Source: Geopsychrobacteraceae bacterium (lineage in GTDB: Bacteria > Desulfobacterota > Desulfuromonadia > Desulfuromonadales > Geopsychrobacteraceae). Taken from it: a DNA stretch of 64,000 nt. Where the stretch lies: assembly GCA_963662315.1 (NCBI GenBank), contig OY759353.1:2144001-2208000 (forward strand), read 5' to 3'. Numbering within the stretch: position 1 is the stretch's first letter; every line of letters starts with the position of its first letter. A program made the position numbers and the translations under genes. The notes beneath the pieces were generated by a model. It was not told the origin of the DNA. It saw only the letters and a program-made list of their open reading frames with translations, and did not search any database. Below, in pieces: positions 43,777-54,135 of this stretch.

Positions 43777-44346
43777 ATGTCCAAAGGAAACGTTCTGATC
43801 AACGGTCGCACCGCCGTGCATAAAGGGAGTAACGGCACACTGACCACCATCGATGTGTGCCTGACCAAGGTCGGTAAACCTGTCATACCTATTCCTTATG
43901 TCAATATCGCCCGCAGTGCCGACGCCGCCCAAACCGCCAGCACTGTATTCGTCAACGGTAACCCTATTTGCCATAAGAATTCCATATTTTCCAAAAGCAC
44001 CGGCGACGAACCCGGCAACCGCAAAGGGATCAAAAGCGGCACCATCACCGAAAAAGCCGAGTTCGTCACTGCCTCCAGCAATGTCTACATCGAAGGTATC
44101 GCCGCCGTGCGCCAGGGCGACATGATGGTCAGCAACAACGCCAACACCGCCCCCATGCCGCTGTCCCAACCGGGAGCGGCGAGGCCGAAGAAGAATCAAT
44201 TAGAGGATGTTGCCGGGTTGGATGAAAGTGCCTTGACGGATGAAATACCATTGCAGGTCAGTGGTCATGATCTGCATATTCAGCAAGAGCTGAATATGCT
44301 TACGGATCCAGATTTCTCGTTTCATAGCGATGATCTGGAGGACTGA
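43777..44346 (+). CDS. DUF4150 PAAR-like spike-tip protein with acidic C-terminal tail
   Basis: DVCLT..PIPYVNIA, STGDEPG..GIKSG and SSNVYIEG..AVRQGD. Confidence 0.88.
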   Translation: MSKGNVLINGRTAVHKGSNGTLTTIDVCLTKVGKPVIPIPYVNIARSADAAQTASTVFVNGNPICHKNSIFSKSTGDEPGNRKGIKSGTITEKAEFVTASSNVYIEGIAAVRQGDMMVSNNANTAPMPLSQPGAARPKKNQLEDVAGLDESALTDEIPLQVSGHDLHIQQELNMLTDPDFSFHSDDLED

Positions 44347-44348
44347 AA

Positions 44349-44582
44349 ATGCAAAATTCAGCACAACCAACGAAATCAGCTAAACCCATTCCCGTATTCG
44401 ATCTGATCCATGTCGTTGTTTGCCTGGTGGTGGTCGGTTATTACCTGCTCAAGTTCAGCGGAACCAGTCTTCTGACCAGAGAGGGGGAATTCGCTCTCGA
44501 TACTTTGCTTATCGGGGTTATCGCCATCAAATTTTTCAAAACACTGATCGGGAACAAGCAACATAGCGGAGAGGATCAATGA
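44349..44582 (+). CDS. 77-aa two-TM membrane protein
   Basis: GGAGGA RBS; two hydrophobic helices; ATGA overlap with the toxin gene. Confidence 0.7.
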   Translation: MQNSAQPTKSAKPIPVFDLIHVVVCLVVVGYYLLKFSGTSLLTREGEFALDTLLIGVIAIKFFKTLIGNKQHSGEDQ

Positions 44583-47500
44583 GCATCGAACTCGATGATA
44601 TGCAGGATGTTATTGATTTCAATAACATTAAACCCCTGGCCAGAGGCGACAGCGAAAAAAATAGCAAAGGGTACCGTGAAATAACTCTGGGGGCACCAGA
44701 CAACGGGGAACAGGATCTGTTCTTAAAACTGCGCGACGGAAAACATACCTGGAACAACCTGTACCTGGGCCGTTCCTGTACCTTTAAAAAGGGCGAAAGT
44801 AAAGATCAATGGAATATCATAGTGCCGATCATTCCGCGTATTTATACCACCCCTGACCGCAACCCGGCCCATGCTGATGTCCCCCGCAAAGGCTGGATTT
44901 ATATCATTCGCCGCTGCCAGACGTCAGAAGGGACAATGGTGACCGAGCTGTGGCGTGAGCTCAAATCCGATGGACTGGGTAATTTTACCGACGTCCATTT
45001 GAAATATCAGCGAGGCAATGATCATCGTCCAGCTACTGGACAACCAGGTTTTCGAATTATTGTGCCTTACTGCATCAATAAACAGGTCCATGAACTATGG
45101 ATCGCCTTTTCAGAGGTGCAGTGGAGCTGGGCGCGCATTGCGAAGATGAAAACCAAAGATTCGACGTTGCGTGATCAACGTATGCAGAAACTGGATGTCA
45201 GTGGTTGCTTGAACAACTTTGACGGTTTTGAACCAGCGCCATCCGAAGATAAAAATCGTAGCGACGATGAATACAATACGCAGGTCAACGATGCTCCTGA
45301 AACAGCACTGATCCATCGTCTCGATTTAGCCTCGGACGATGAGAGTAAGAATCTTTCGGAAACCTTCAAAGATCCGATTCCGGTTGTCTATCTGGATGAC
45401 CCAATTGGTATTGCCCGAAATCTGGCCGCACGTCATCAACTATGGTGGGACCAGATGGCAACAGACCTGCTCACCCTGAAAAACCAGCCTGGAGATCTTG
45501 TCAGCAAAGGCAGTTATGAACCTGGGCGTTGGTTTGAGGCTGCAGCCCTGGCCAATCGCTATTTTTATGGCGATATCTCCCAGGTTTTACCAGCAGGATT
45601 AGAAACCGAGACCCAAAAAGAACTCTACCGGAAACAATTGGCAGAAACCGAAGAGAAGTTTGCCGAATACCGCAATAAGCTTGATAAAGTGGCCATCGAC
45701 CAAGCCCTAGGGCGCTTTCAGCGCCAGCAGACCCGCGCCAGTATTGTTGCTGCCCGCAACGACTTGACCGCCTATTTGCAGCATGAGCTTTTTAGTTCAA
45801 CTTCAACCGACCCAGCGTTAATCCAAGCTTTGGATGACTATTTTACCCGCCCGGTGCTGGGCAGCCAAGAAGACTACGAACTTGTTGATAAAGAAGGCGT
45901 TGACGGTAAGAAGGAACGCTGCAAGGTCTGGCCCCGCAACTATTATGATGGCTGGAAAGTTATGGCCTACATCCTGACCGCCCTCGGTCGTCACGAATAC
46001 CGCCTGGATCACGACCTCGAAGCTCGCCCACCTGATGGCTGGACATGGCGCAAAGAGAGTGAATCGTTCAAACTGCTGATGCGCCTGGCCGATCCGGCCG
46101 GGGGGAGCAGCTTACACAGTCGACTGTTCCCACAGCAAAGCGGTGAATCAGAACTGGATTACCAACACACCAGCTACCCCGCTGGTGATCCACGCTTTAA
46201 AACAGACAACTTTGCTCGCATTCAAGAGTTGTTGACAAAGGACGACAACATTCTGCGTGGCATAGAGCTGTTTGCCCACCAGTTTGACGAGGTCATGGCG
46301 ATGCGCAGCAGTGGAGACGCCGCCTACAATGATCAAATTGTCCGGGCACGCTGTGCCATCCTACGCCTGATCAGTGGAGCCTTGGGTCTTGAACTTGCCT
46401 GGCAGGCCGCCAGTATTGATGAGATTATTACCCACAATAATGCCAAAGAAGACACCTCTTTCCCGGCCTGGGGGTTGTTCAAAAAGGCGGTGTCTTTGAC
46501 CAAAGGTACTGTGTCTGTTATCAAGGACGATAAGGATTGGACTGGAACCATTACCGTTAAAACTGTCCAGGGCAATCCCACCCGCATGCAGCAATTACTG
46601 CACGGTATCGCTGAATCTCGCCGGACCACATGCTGTCTGACCGGGCTCGCCGGCATGATCAAGGCAATCAACTTCATTCAAGCGGTCAATGCTTATGTCG
46701 CCAACAAGAATGAAGACAAAAACTGGGATAAAATGGTCGGCATGATGAGCAGTTTTTGCGAGCTGGGCGAGGCAGTGGCGACAGCGACGGAAAAGGCATT
46801 GCCTAAACCGGTAAACAATTTGAACTCAAAATTGAAATTTCTTGCAGCAAAAGGCCATAGCTATAATGTTGCATCTAAGGCGTTAACAAGAGCGAATCTC
46901 GCCTTCAGCATTGTTGACATGGGCACCACTGCCATCTCCCTGGTCGAAAATATCCGCGAAGGGGACGACGCGGCAGCAGCTGATGCCATGCTGCTGGCCG
47001 GAGCGACCTTGGGGGTTATAGGTGGCGTGGCGGAGTTGGCCGGGGCCACCTCGGTGGCTCTTTGGTTCGGGTTAAGTGTGTCGCTGCCGGTTCTTGGCCT
47101 GGTGACAATTGCGGTATCCCTGGCCGGATTTCTGGCCAAAGCTTTTATCTTCAGCGAGGATAACCCCATTGAAATCTGGCTGGCCAATAACCCCTTTACT
47201 TTGGCACAGCAGCAGATTGAGGGAATGAATTTTCAGCAAAGCAGCGGGCAGTACCAAGTGCAGGATAATGGGAAAACAATTAGCAAGGGGTGCACTATTT
47301 ACAGTTTTAATCACAACAAACTGTATATTGATGAAGACGGCATTCTGGTTGGCTGCCAGTCGTCTTATCGCAACAGCGCCGGGAGCGCTTTAATCACCCA
47401 AAATGACCAGCAGCAGGTCATCATGCATGCGGTCATGTCTAATGGTGTTATTGCCGAGGACCTCGCCCTGGGGCAGATCGGTCAGCCTTTTGCCCTGCCT

Positions 47501-48151
47501 CCTGAGCTGGCCAGAAAAATGGAAAGAACAAATCAAACCGGTGACCATCAATCAGCCAAGTGGGCAAAAGAAACCGATGTCAAAAGCTGCCATCCCAAAG
47601 TACAAAAACAACTCTCACGCATTGAAACCTGGCATGAAGTGCCGCAGGAATGTTACCTGGCGTTGGTCGATGCCCTGTATCGTCCACGCGTTAAAATGAC
47701 AACCCATGCCTACAATGACTCGGGGCATATTGCCTGCGATATCAACCTGCCCTTCTTTTTGCCCGGGAAAAGCAAGCTGCTGGTGCAGATGACCGAATCA
47801 ACTTCGACCATCAACTATGCGCAACCCGGGGTCAGTCATGATCAGCCAGGGGAAAAAAACATCACCCAGGAAGAGCTTGACCATATGGCTATTGGCCCTT
47901 GCCACTACAGGATTGAACGGGCCGTACCGACCAACAGCGTCACTAGTCTGGAGGTCAAGGTCAGGTTCAATGTTTATGGTGATGATCAGGTGTTTCTGCC
48001 CTACGAAGATAAGTTTGATGAGGATAAGGTTCAAAAATCATCAGCAGACACCAACAAAACGCCAACAGCGGAACCAAAAGAAGAAACAAAACCTATAGAG
48101 AAATGGCTGGTAGTCTCGGATCATCTATCGACCATCAAACGTTATAGATAA
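44579..48151 (+). CDS. MIX-domain, VasX-like putative pore-forming T6SS effector (1190 aa)
   Basis: MIX motifs IVPIIPR, RKGWIYII and IAFSEVQWSW; LDDPIGIARNL; Gly/Ala-rich hydrophobic hairpin followed by DNPIEIWLANNPF. Confidence 0.78.
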   Translation: MSIELDDMQDVIDFNNIKPLARGDSEKNSKGYREITLGAPDNGEQDLFLKLRDGKHTWNNLYLGRSCTFKKGESKDQWNIIVPIIPRIYTTPDRNPAHADVPRKGWIYIIRRCQTSEGTMVTELWRELKSDGLGNFTDVHLKYQRGNDHRPATGQPGFRIIVPYCINKQVHELWIAFSEVQWSWARIAKMKTKDSTLRDQRMQKLDVSGCLNNFDGFEPAPSEDKNRSDDEYNTQVNDAPETALIHRLDLASDDESKNLSETFKDPIPVVYLDDPIGIARNLAARHQLWWDQMATDLLTLKNQPGDLVSKGSYEPGRWFEAAALANRYFYGDISQVLPAGLETETQKELYRKQLAETEEKFAEYRNKLDKVAIDQALGRFQRQQTRASIVAARNDLTAYLQHELFSSTSTDPALIQALDDYFTRPVLGSQEDYELVDKEGVDGKKERCKVWPRNYYDGWKVMAYILTALGRHEYRLDHDLEARPPDGWTWRKESESFKLLMRLADPAGGSSLHSRLFPQQSGESELDYQHTSYPAGDPRFKTDNFARIQELLTKDDNILRGIELFAHQFDEVMAMRSSGDAAYNDQIVRARCAILRLISGALGLELAWQAASIDEIITHNNAKEDTSFPAWGLFKKAVSLTKGTVSVIKDDKDWTGTITVKTVQGNPTRMQQLLHGIAESRRTTCCLTGLAGMIKAINFIQAVNAYVANKNEDKNWDKMVGMMSSFCELGEAVATATEKALPKPVNNLNSKLKFLAAKGHSYNVASKALTRANLAFSIVDMGTTAISLVENIREGDDAAAADAMLLAGATLGVIGGVAELAGATSVALWFGLSVSLPVLGLVTIAVSLAGFLAKAFIFSEDNPIEIWLANNPFTLAQQQIEGMNFQQSSGQYQVQDNGKTISKGCTIYSFNHNKLYIDEDGILVGCQSSYRNSAGSALITQNDQQQVIMHAVMSNGVIAEDLALGQIGQPFALPPELARKMERTNQTGDHQSAKWAKETDVKSCHPKVQKQLSRIETWHEVPQECYLALVDALYRPRVKMTTHAYNDSGHIACDINLPFFLPGKSKLLVQMTESTSTINYAQPGVSHDQPGEKNITQEELDHMAIGPCHYRIERAVPTNSVTSLEVKVRFNVYGDDQVFLPYEDKFDEDKVQKSSADTNKTPTAEPKEETKPIEKWLVVSDHLSTIKRYR

Positions 48152-48167
48152 AGTCAAGGACGCTTCT

Positions 48168-49424
48168 ATGTACTATCCCAACAAATCAGTGGTTTCTTTT
48201 TATTACATTTTGTTGCTGCTCCTACTATGTAGCTGCGACTCATCATCGGATGCAGCGGCACAAGAAACTTCAACTTCATCTGCAACTGTCCCAGCGACCC
48301 AGTCATGGACAGGACAAACAACTAATGGAATCGACTTATATAATATTCCCCCAAAACTGGGATCACTGCCTCTTGTCGAACTCCAGCAACGTGCAGAACA
48401 GAAAGACCCTGCAGCGTTGTATGAGCTGGGGCGTCGCTATGGCAGTGGTGAAGGAATTAGCCGCAACCCGCTAAAAGCCAAACAGCTTCTGTTTGAAGCA
48501 GCGGAAAAAGGCGATGCTGATGCTCAGAACGAATTAGGAATAGCCTACAATCAGGGGCTGTTTGGCTCGATAGATCACAACAAGGGATTCAAGTGGACGC
48601 AAAAAGCAGCACAGCAAGGCCATCCTGTCGCACAATACAATCTCGCGGATATGTATGAAAAAGGAGAAGGCTGTCAACAAGACTACACCAAGGCATTTGA
48701 ATGGTTGGAAAAGTCTGCAGAAAGTCATTTTATACCAGCATATACAGAGTTAGGAGTTTTTTATAGCCTTGGACATGGAGTTTCAATAAATCTCAAATAT
48801 GCATTTGATTGGTTTTACAAAGGAGCAACAAATAGTGACCCTCGAGCACAATACAATCTTGCTTATTGCTATTCACAAGGATTATGGGTTGATAAAAACA
48901 TTGACAAAGCTATCTTTTGGTACAAAAAATCATCTGATAATGGGTTCATAGAATCATCGTATAATCTAGGAGAAATATATTTTTACGGTGAAAGTGTCAA
49001 CAAGAATTACGGAAAGGCATTTGAATATTTTAAAAAAGCGGCTAATTATGACCACGAGGATTCCTTGGTAAATTTGGGACTGATTTATTTGTTTGGTCTC
49101 ACTGGAAAAAAAAGTAATACATTAGCATATGAATTATTTTTAAAGGCTGCTCAAAAAGGGCAATCAAAATATGATGCCATTTTCAATCTTGGACAAATGT
49201 ATGAAAATGGCCTTTATGTCAATAAAAGCTTAATTAAGGCATACGCCTATTATCAAACCTCACTAAAAATTTTGCGACTTAAGCCCACTGAATCTTCTGC
49301 ATTAACTGAATCCGAACTACTCGATTCCATCACCACCCTCAAAGCCCAAATGACCGCATCAGAAATCGCCGCTGGCGAAGCTGAAATTCCTAAGGTTATG
49401 CAAGAATATGGCATTGTTCTTTAG
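48168..49424 (+). CDS. Sel1-repeat lipoprotein A1
   Basis: Own signal peptide ending LLCSC; multiple Sel1 repeats (AQYNLA.MY..GEG). Confidence 0.9.
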   Translation: MYYPNKSVVSFYYILLLLLLCSCDSSSDAAAQETSTSSATVPATQSWTGQTTNGIDLYNIPPKLGSLPLVELQQRAEQKDPAALYELGRRYGSGEGISRNPLKAKQLLFEAAEKGDADAQNELGIAYNQGLFGSIDHNKGFKWTQKAAQQGHPVAQYNLADMYEKGEGCQQDYTKAFEWLEKSAESHFIPAYTELGVFYSLGHGVSINLKYAFDWFYKGATNSDPRAQYNLAYCYSQGLWVDKNIDKAIFWYKKSSDNGFIESSYNLGEIYFYGESVNKNYGKAFEYFKKAANYDHEDSLVNLGLIYLFGLTGKKSNTLAYELFLKAAQKGQSKYDAIFNLGQMYENGLYVNKSLIKAYAYYQTSLKILRLKPTESSALTESELLDSITTLKAQMTASEIAAGEAEIPKVMQEYGIVL

Positions 49425-50580
49425 CAATAAAATAATGGCTGTGAGCGTCATCCTGCTTGTTTTCTGCTTATCTAGCTGCGACAAATCAGACACTGTAGGC
49501 ACAGCTGAATCCTCCCCGCAACAGAACGTCAGCAGCAGTCCCGAAGAAACAAGACCAAACTACAACGACATAACTCAATCAACCACTAATGGTCAGAGTA
49601 TCCAATACTATTCGGCACCGTTCCCATTGGAAAACCTTTCCTTGAAAGAATTGCAGGCAAGGGTCTTATCAAAGAATGCTGCAGGAATGGCAGAATTAGG
49701 CCGACGCTACGCCAGTGGAATTGGCGTCACAAGGAATCTTGCTGAAGCTCAAAAACTCTATATTCAGGCTGCTGAAGCAGGTGATATGACGGCACAAAAC
49801 GAGTTGGCCGGTGCTTATGATTATGGCCTGTTTGGTGTGACTGATCATGAGAAGGCGGTTTATTGGTATCGTAAGGCTGCGGAACAGGGGTTTGCTCCTG
49901 CTCAGTTTAATCTGGGGGTTGCATATGAAAATGGGATAGGAGTCGCTACCAATTTTGAGGAATCACATAAGTGGTACTTAACGGCTGCAGAGCAAAACTT
50001 GCCGGTAGCACAAAATGCACTAGCGAGACAATTTAGTGTCGGCAGAGGTGTAGAGGCAAACACCAAAAAAGTAATAGAATTCCTTACAAAAGCTGCGAAT
50101 AGTAAATTTCCAGAAGCGCAATTTAGTCTTGCGGTTAAATACTCTCTTGGACAAGGGGTGGAAATAAATCAAAAAAAAGCATTTCACCTTTATCAACTCT
50201 CGGCCCGCAATGGTTACGCAAGAGCTCAAAATAATTTGGGGAATTGCTATCTTTTTGGAGAAGGCATAGATATCGATTATTCAAGAGCTTTTTACTGGTT
50301 TAATCTTGCGGCAAAACAAATAAATTCTAACGCCATATTTAATATAGGACAGATGTACCAAAATGGTCTTTACTTAAATAAAAATCTAATCAAGGCTTAT
50401 GCCTGCTATCTCGTTGCTATGGTGATATCCACAAGAATACCAGATGAAACCTCTGCGGTAACAGAATCTGAAGTCAACGATTCCATCACCACCCTCAAAG
50501 CCCAAATGACCGCTGCAGAAATCGCCGCCGGCGAAGCTGCAATTCCCAAGGTTATGCAAGAATATGACATTGTTCTTTAG
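49408..50580 (+). CDS. Sel1-repeat lipoprotein B1
   Basis: Lipobox LSSC followed by DKSDTVG; Sel1 repeats; 17-nt overlap with the previous gene. Confidence 0.9.
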   Translation: MALFFSNKIMAVSVILLVFCLSSCDKSDTVGTAESSPQQNVSSSPEETRPNYNDITQSTTNGQSIQYYSAPFPLENLSLKELQARVLSKNAAGMAELGRRYASGIGVTRNLAEAQKLYIQAAEAGDMTAQNELAGAYDYGLFGVTDHEKAVYWYRKAAEQGFAPAQFNLGVAYENGIGVATNFEESHKWYLTAAEQNLPVAQNALARQFSVGRGVEANTKKVIEFLTKAANSKFPEAQFSLAVKYSLGQGVEINQKKAFHLYQLSARNGYARAQNNLGNCYLFGEGIDIDYSRAFYWFNLAAKQINSNAIFNIGQMYQNGLYLNKNLIKAYACYLVAMVISTRIPDETSAVTESEVNDSITTLKAQMTAAEIAAGEAAIPKVMQEYDIVL

Positions 50581-51823
50581 CAATAAAATGATGGCCGTGA
50601 GCGTTATCCTGCTTGTTTTCTGCTTATCTAGCTGCGACTCATCATCGGATGCAGTGGTACAAGAAACTTCAACTTCATCTGCAACTGTCCCAGCGACCCA
50701 GTCATGGACAGGACAAACAACTAATGGAATCGACTTATATAATATTCCCCCAAAACTGGGTTCACTGCCTCTTGTCGAACTCCAGCAACGTGCAGAACAG
50801 AAAGACCCTGCAGCGTTGTATGAGCTGGGGCGTCGCTATGGCAGTGGTGAAGGAATTAGCCGCAACCCGCTAAAAGCCAAACAGCTTCTGTTTGAAGCCG
50901 CGGAAAAAGGCGATGCTGATGCGCAGAACGAATTAGGAATAGCCTACAATCAGGGGCTGCTTGGGTCGATAGATCACAACAAGGGATTCAAGTGGACGCA
51001 AAAAGCAGCACAGCAAGGTCATCCTGTCGCACAATACAATCTTGCGGATATGTATGAAAAAGGAGAAGGCTGTCAACAAGACTACACCAAGGCATTTGAA
51101 TGGTTGGAAAAGTCTGCAAAGAGTAAGTTTATTCCCGCTTACTCAGAAATTGGGGTCTATTATAAATATGGTGTAGGTGTTAAACAAAATTCCACCGAAG
51201 CGGTCAATTGGTATAAAAAAGGAGCAGATGCGGGTGACCCAAAGGGAGAATTTAATTTGGGTTACAGCTATGAAATTGGTCAAGGAGTATCAGAGGATAT
51301 AAAAAAAGCTATTCATTGGTATGAAAGATCGATCGATAAAGGGTTTCCAAGTGCGTTTAGCAATTTAGGTTCAATATATTATGAAGGGAAAAAAGTCGAC
51401 AAAAATTTCAATAAAGCTTTCAACTATTTTAGTGAAGGTGTCCGTTTTGGTGATGCAAAATCAATGATTAACTTGGGTGTTATGTATCTTTTTGGCGAAG
51501 GAGCTAATGCTGACTACAGCAAAGCCTACAACCTATTTTTGAAAGCTACTCATTTTCATTCCACTAGGTATACAGCAGCGTTCAATCTTGCTCAAATGTA
51601 TGAAAATGGACTTTATGTTAATAAGAACCTTGTCAAAGCATATGCTCTTTATTGCTTCGCTATGAAAAGGCCGCAATCTACACCAACTAGCAATTATTCA
51701 ATAACTGAGGCCGATATTCTCGACTCCATCACCACCCTCAAAGCCCAAATGACCGCTGCAGAAATCGCCGCCGGCGAAGCTGAAATTCCCAAGGTTATGC
51801 AAGAATATGGCATTGTTCTTTAG
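50564..51823 (+). CDS. Sel1-repeat lipoprotein A2
   Basis: LSSC followed by DSSSDA; 5' half nearly identical to A1. Confidence 0.9.
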   Translation: MTLFFSNKMMAVSVILLVFCLSSCDSSSDAVVQETSTSSATVPATQSWTGQTTNGIDLYNIPPKLGSLPLVELQQRAEQKDPAALYELGRRYGSGEGISRNPLKAKQLLFEAAEKGDADAQNELGIAYNQGLLGSIDHNKGFKWTQKAAQQGHPVAQYNLADMYEKGEGCQQDYTKAFEWLEKSAKSKFIPAYSEIGVYYKYGVGVKQNSTEAVNWYKKGADAGDPKGEFNLGYSYEIGQGVSEDIKKAIHWYERSIDKGFPSAFSNLGSIYYEGKKVDKNFNKAFNYFSEGVRFGDAKSMINLGVMYLFGEGANADYSKAYNLFLKATHFHSTRYTAAFNLAQMYENGLYVNKNLVKAYALYCFAMKRPQSTPTSNYSITEADILDSITTLKAQMTAAEIAAGEAEIPKVMQEYGIVL

Positions 51824-52979
51824 CAATAAAATGATGGCCGTGAGCGTTATCCTGCTTGTTTTCTGCTTATCTAGCTGCGACAAATCAGATACTGTAGGCA
51901 CAGTTGAATCCTCCCCGCAGCAGAACGTCAGCAGCAGTTCCGAAGCGGCAAGGCCAAACTACAACGACATAACTCAATCAACCACTAAAGGTCAGAGTAT
52001 CCAATACTATTCGACACCGTTCTCATTGGGAAACCTTTCCTTGAAAGAATTGCAGGCAAGGGTCTTATCAAAGAATGCTGCAGGAATGGCAGAATTAGGC
52101 CGACGCTACGCCAGTGGAATTGGCGTCACAAGGAATCTTGCTGAAGCTCAAAAACTGTATATTCAGGCTGCTGAAGCAGGTGATATGACGGCACAGAACG
52201 AGTTGGCCGGTGCTTATGATTATGGCCTGTTTGGTGTGACTGATCATGAGAAGGCGGTTTATTGGTATCGTAAGGCTGCGGAACAGGGGTTTGCTCCTGC
52301 TCAGTTTAATCTGGGGGTTGCATATGAAAATGGGATAGGAGTCGCTACCAATTTTGAGGAATCACATAAGTGGTACTTAAAGGCTGCAGAGCAAAACTTA
52401 CCGGCAGCACAAAATGCACTGGCGAAGCAGTTTGATACAGGACGAGGGGGAGCGCAAAACACTAATAAAGCCCTAGAGCTTTATAAAAAAGCTGCTGAGG
52501 GCAATAATCCAGAGGCACAATTTAATTTAGCGGTCAAATATTCCTCAGGAAAAGGGATTGAAAAAAATCAAGACAAGGCTCTAGCACTTTATCTTAGCTC
52601 AGCTAAAAGTGGTTACTCACTGTCACAGAACAACCTCGGGGTTTGCTACCTTTTGGGTGAAGGGCTCCAGGTTGATTATGCAAAAGCTTATTATTGGTTT
52701 GATCTTGCCGCAAAACAAAGGGTTCCTGATGCTATATTTAATCTAGCACAGATGTATGAAAATGGAGCATACACAAAAAAAAGCTTGATTAAGGCATATG
52801 CTTACTACCATGTTTCCATTCAAATCCTTCAGGCAATACCTGACGAAAACTCAGCGTTAACCGAAGCCGAATTTCTAGATTCGATCAACACGCTGAAAGC
52901 TCAAATGAGCGCTGCAGAAATCGCCGCTGGCGAAGCTGAAATTCCCAAGGTTATGCAAGAATATGGCATTGTTCTTTAG
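51807..52979 (+). CDS. Sel1-repeat lipoprotein B2
   Basis: 5' half nearly identical to B1. Confidence 0.9.
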   Translation: MALFFSNKMMAVSVILLVFCLSSCDKSDTVGTVESSPQQNVSSSSEAARPNYNDITQSTTKGQSIQYYSTPFSLGNLSLKELQARVLSKNAAGMAELGRRYASGIGVTRNLAEAQKLYIQAAEAGDMTAQNELAGAYDYGLFGVTDHEKAVYWYRKAAEQGFAPAQFNLGVAYENGIGVATNFEESHKWYLKAAEQNLPAAQNALAKQFDTGRGGAQNTNKALELYKKAAEGNNPEAQFNLAVKYSSGKGIEKNQDKALALYLSSAKSGYSLSQNNLGVCYLLGEGLQVDYAKAYYWFDLAAKQRVPDAIFNLAQMYENGAYTKKSLIKAYAYYHVSIQILQAIPDENSALTEAEFLDSINTLKAQMSAAEIAAGEAEIPKVMQEYGIVL

Positions 52980-54135
52980 CAATAAAATGATGGCCGTGAG
53001 CGTTATCCTGCTTGTTTTCTGCTTATCTAGCTGCGACAAATCAGACACTGTAGGCACAGCTGAATCCTCCCCGCAGCAGAACGTCAGCAGCAGTTCCGAA
53101 GAAACAAGACCAAACTACAACGACATAACTCAATCAACCACTAATGGTCAGAGTATCCAATACTATTCGGCACCGTTCCCATTGGAAAACCTTTCTCTTG
53201 AAGAACTACGGACAAAGGTCACCGGAAAGGATGCTGCCGCCATGGCAGAGTTGGGCCGACGCTATGCCAGAGGAATTGGTGTAACAAGAAACCTTGCTAA
53301 AGCAAAAAAACTCTATATCCAGGCGGCAGAAGCAGGTGATAGGATCGCGCAAAACGAACTGGCCGGTGCTTATGATTATGGCTTGCTTGATGTGACTGAT
53401 CATGAGAAGGCGGTTTATTGGTATCGTAAGGCTGCGGAACAGGGGTTTGCTCCTGCTCAGTTTAATTTAGCGGTAGCTTATGCTAACGGGAAAGGGGTTA
53501 ATCTTGATTTTCAAATATCCCATGAGTGGTATTTGAAGGCTGCGGAAAATAATTTCCCACCCGCACAGGATGCTGTAGCTCGTCAATTGGAGGTCGGCCG
53601 AGGAGTGAAAAAAGATGTTAAAATGGCCTTAAAATATTATGCGATGGCGGCTGAGAATAATTATCCTCCTGCACAATTTAATCTAGCTGTAATCTACTCG
53701 CTTGGAAAAGATGTTCAAAAAGATGAGAAAGCTGCGGTAGTACTTTACAAAAAGTCTGCAACGGCTGGTTTTATCAGCGCCCAAAACAATCTTGGAGTTT
53801 GCTATCTTTTTGGAGAAGGAGTGCCAGTTGATTATTCAAAAGCCTTTTATTGGTTCGACCTCGCAGCCAAACAAGCAGATCCAGACGCCGTTTTTAATTT
53901 AGGGCAAATGTATCAAAATGGTGCACACATAGAAAAAAGCTTAACTAAGGGATATGCTTTGTATTCTATTGCTAGAAGTATTATCCAAACTTTACCAGAA
54001 AAAACATCTTCAGTAACCGAGGCCGACATTCTCGATTCCATCACCACTCTCAAAGCTCAAATGAGCGCTGCAGAAATCGCCGCTGGCGAAGCTGAAATTC
54101 CCAAGGTTATGCAAGAATATGACATTGTTCTTTAG
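52963..54135 (+). CDS. Sel1-repeat lipoprotein B3
   Basis: B-type N-terminus with patchy identity to B1/B2. Confidence 0.9.
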   Translation: MALFFSNKMMAVSVILLVFCLSSCDKSDTVGTAESSPQQNVSSSSEETRPNYNDITQSTTNGQSIQYYSAPFPLENLSLEELRTKVTGKDAAAMAELGRRYARGIGVTRNLAKAKKLYIQAAEAGDRIAQNELAGAYDYGLLDVTDHEKAVYWYRKAAEQGFAPAQFNLAVAYANGKGVNLDFQISHEWYLKAAENNFPPAQDAVARQLEVGRGVKKDVKMALKYYAMAAENNYPPAQFNLAVIYSLGKDVQKDEKAAVVLYKKSATAGFISAQNNLGVCYLFGEGVPVDYSKAFYWFDLAAKQADPDAVFNLGQMYQNGAHIEKSLTKGYALYSIARSIIQTLPEKTSSVTEADILDSITTLKAQMSAAEIAAGEAEIPKVMQEYDIVL

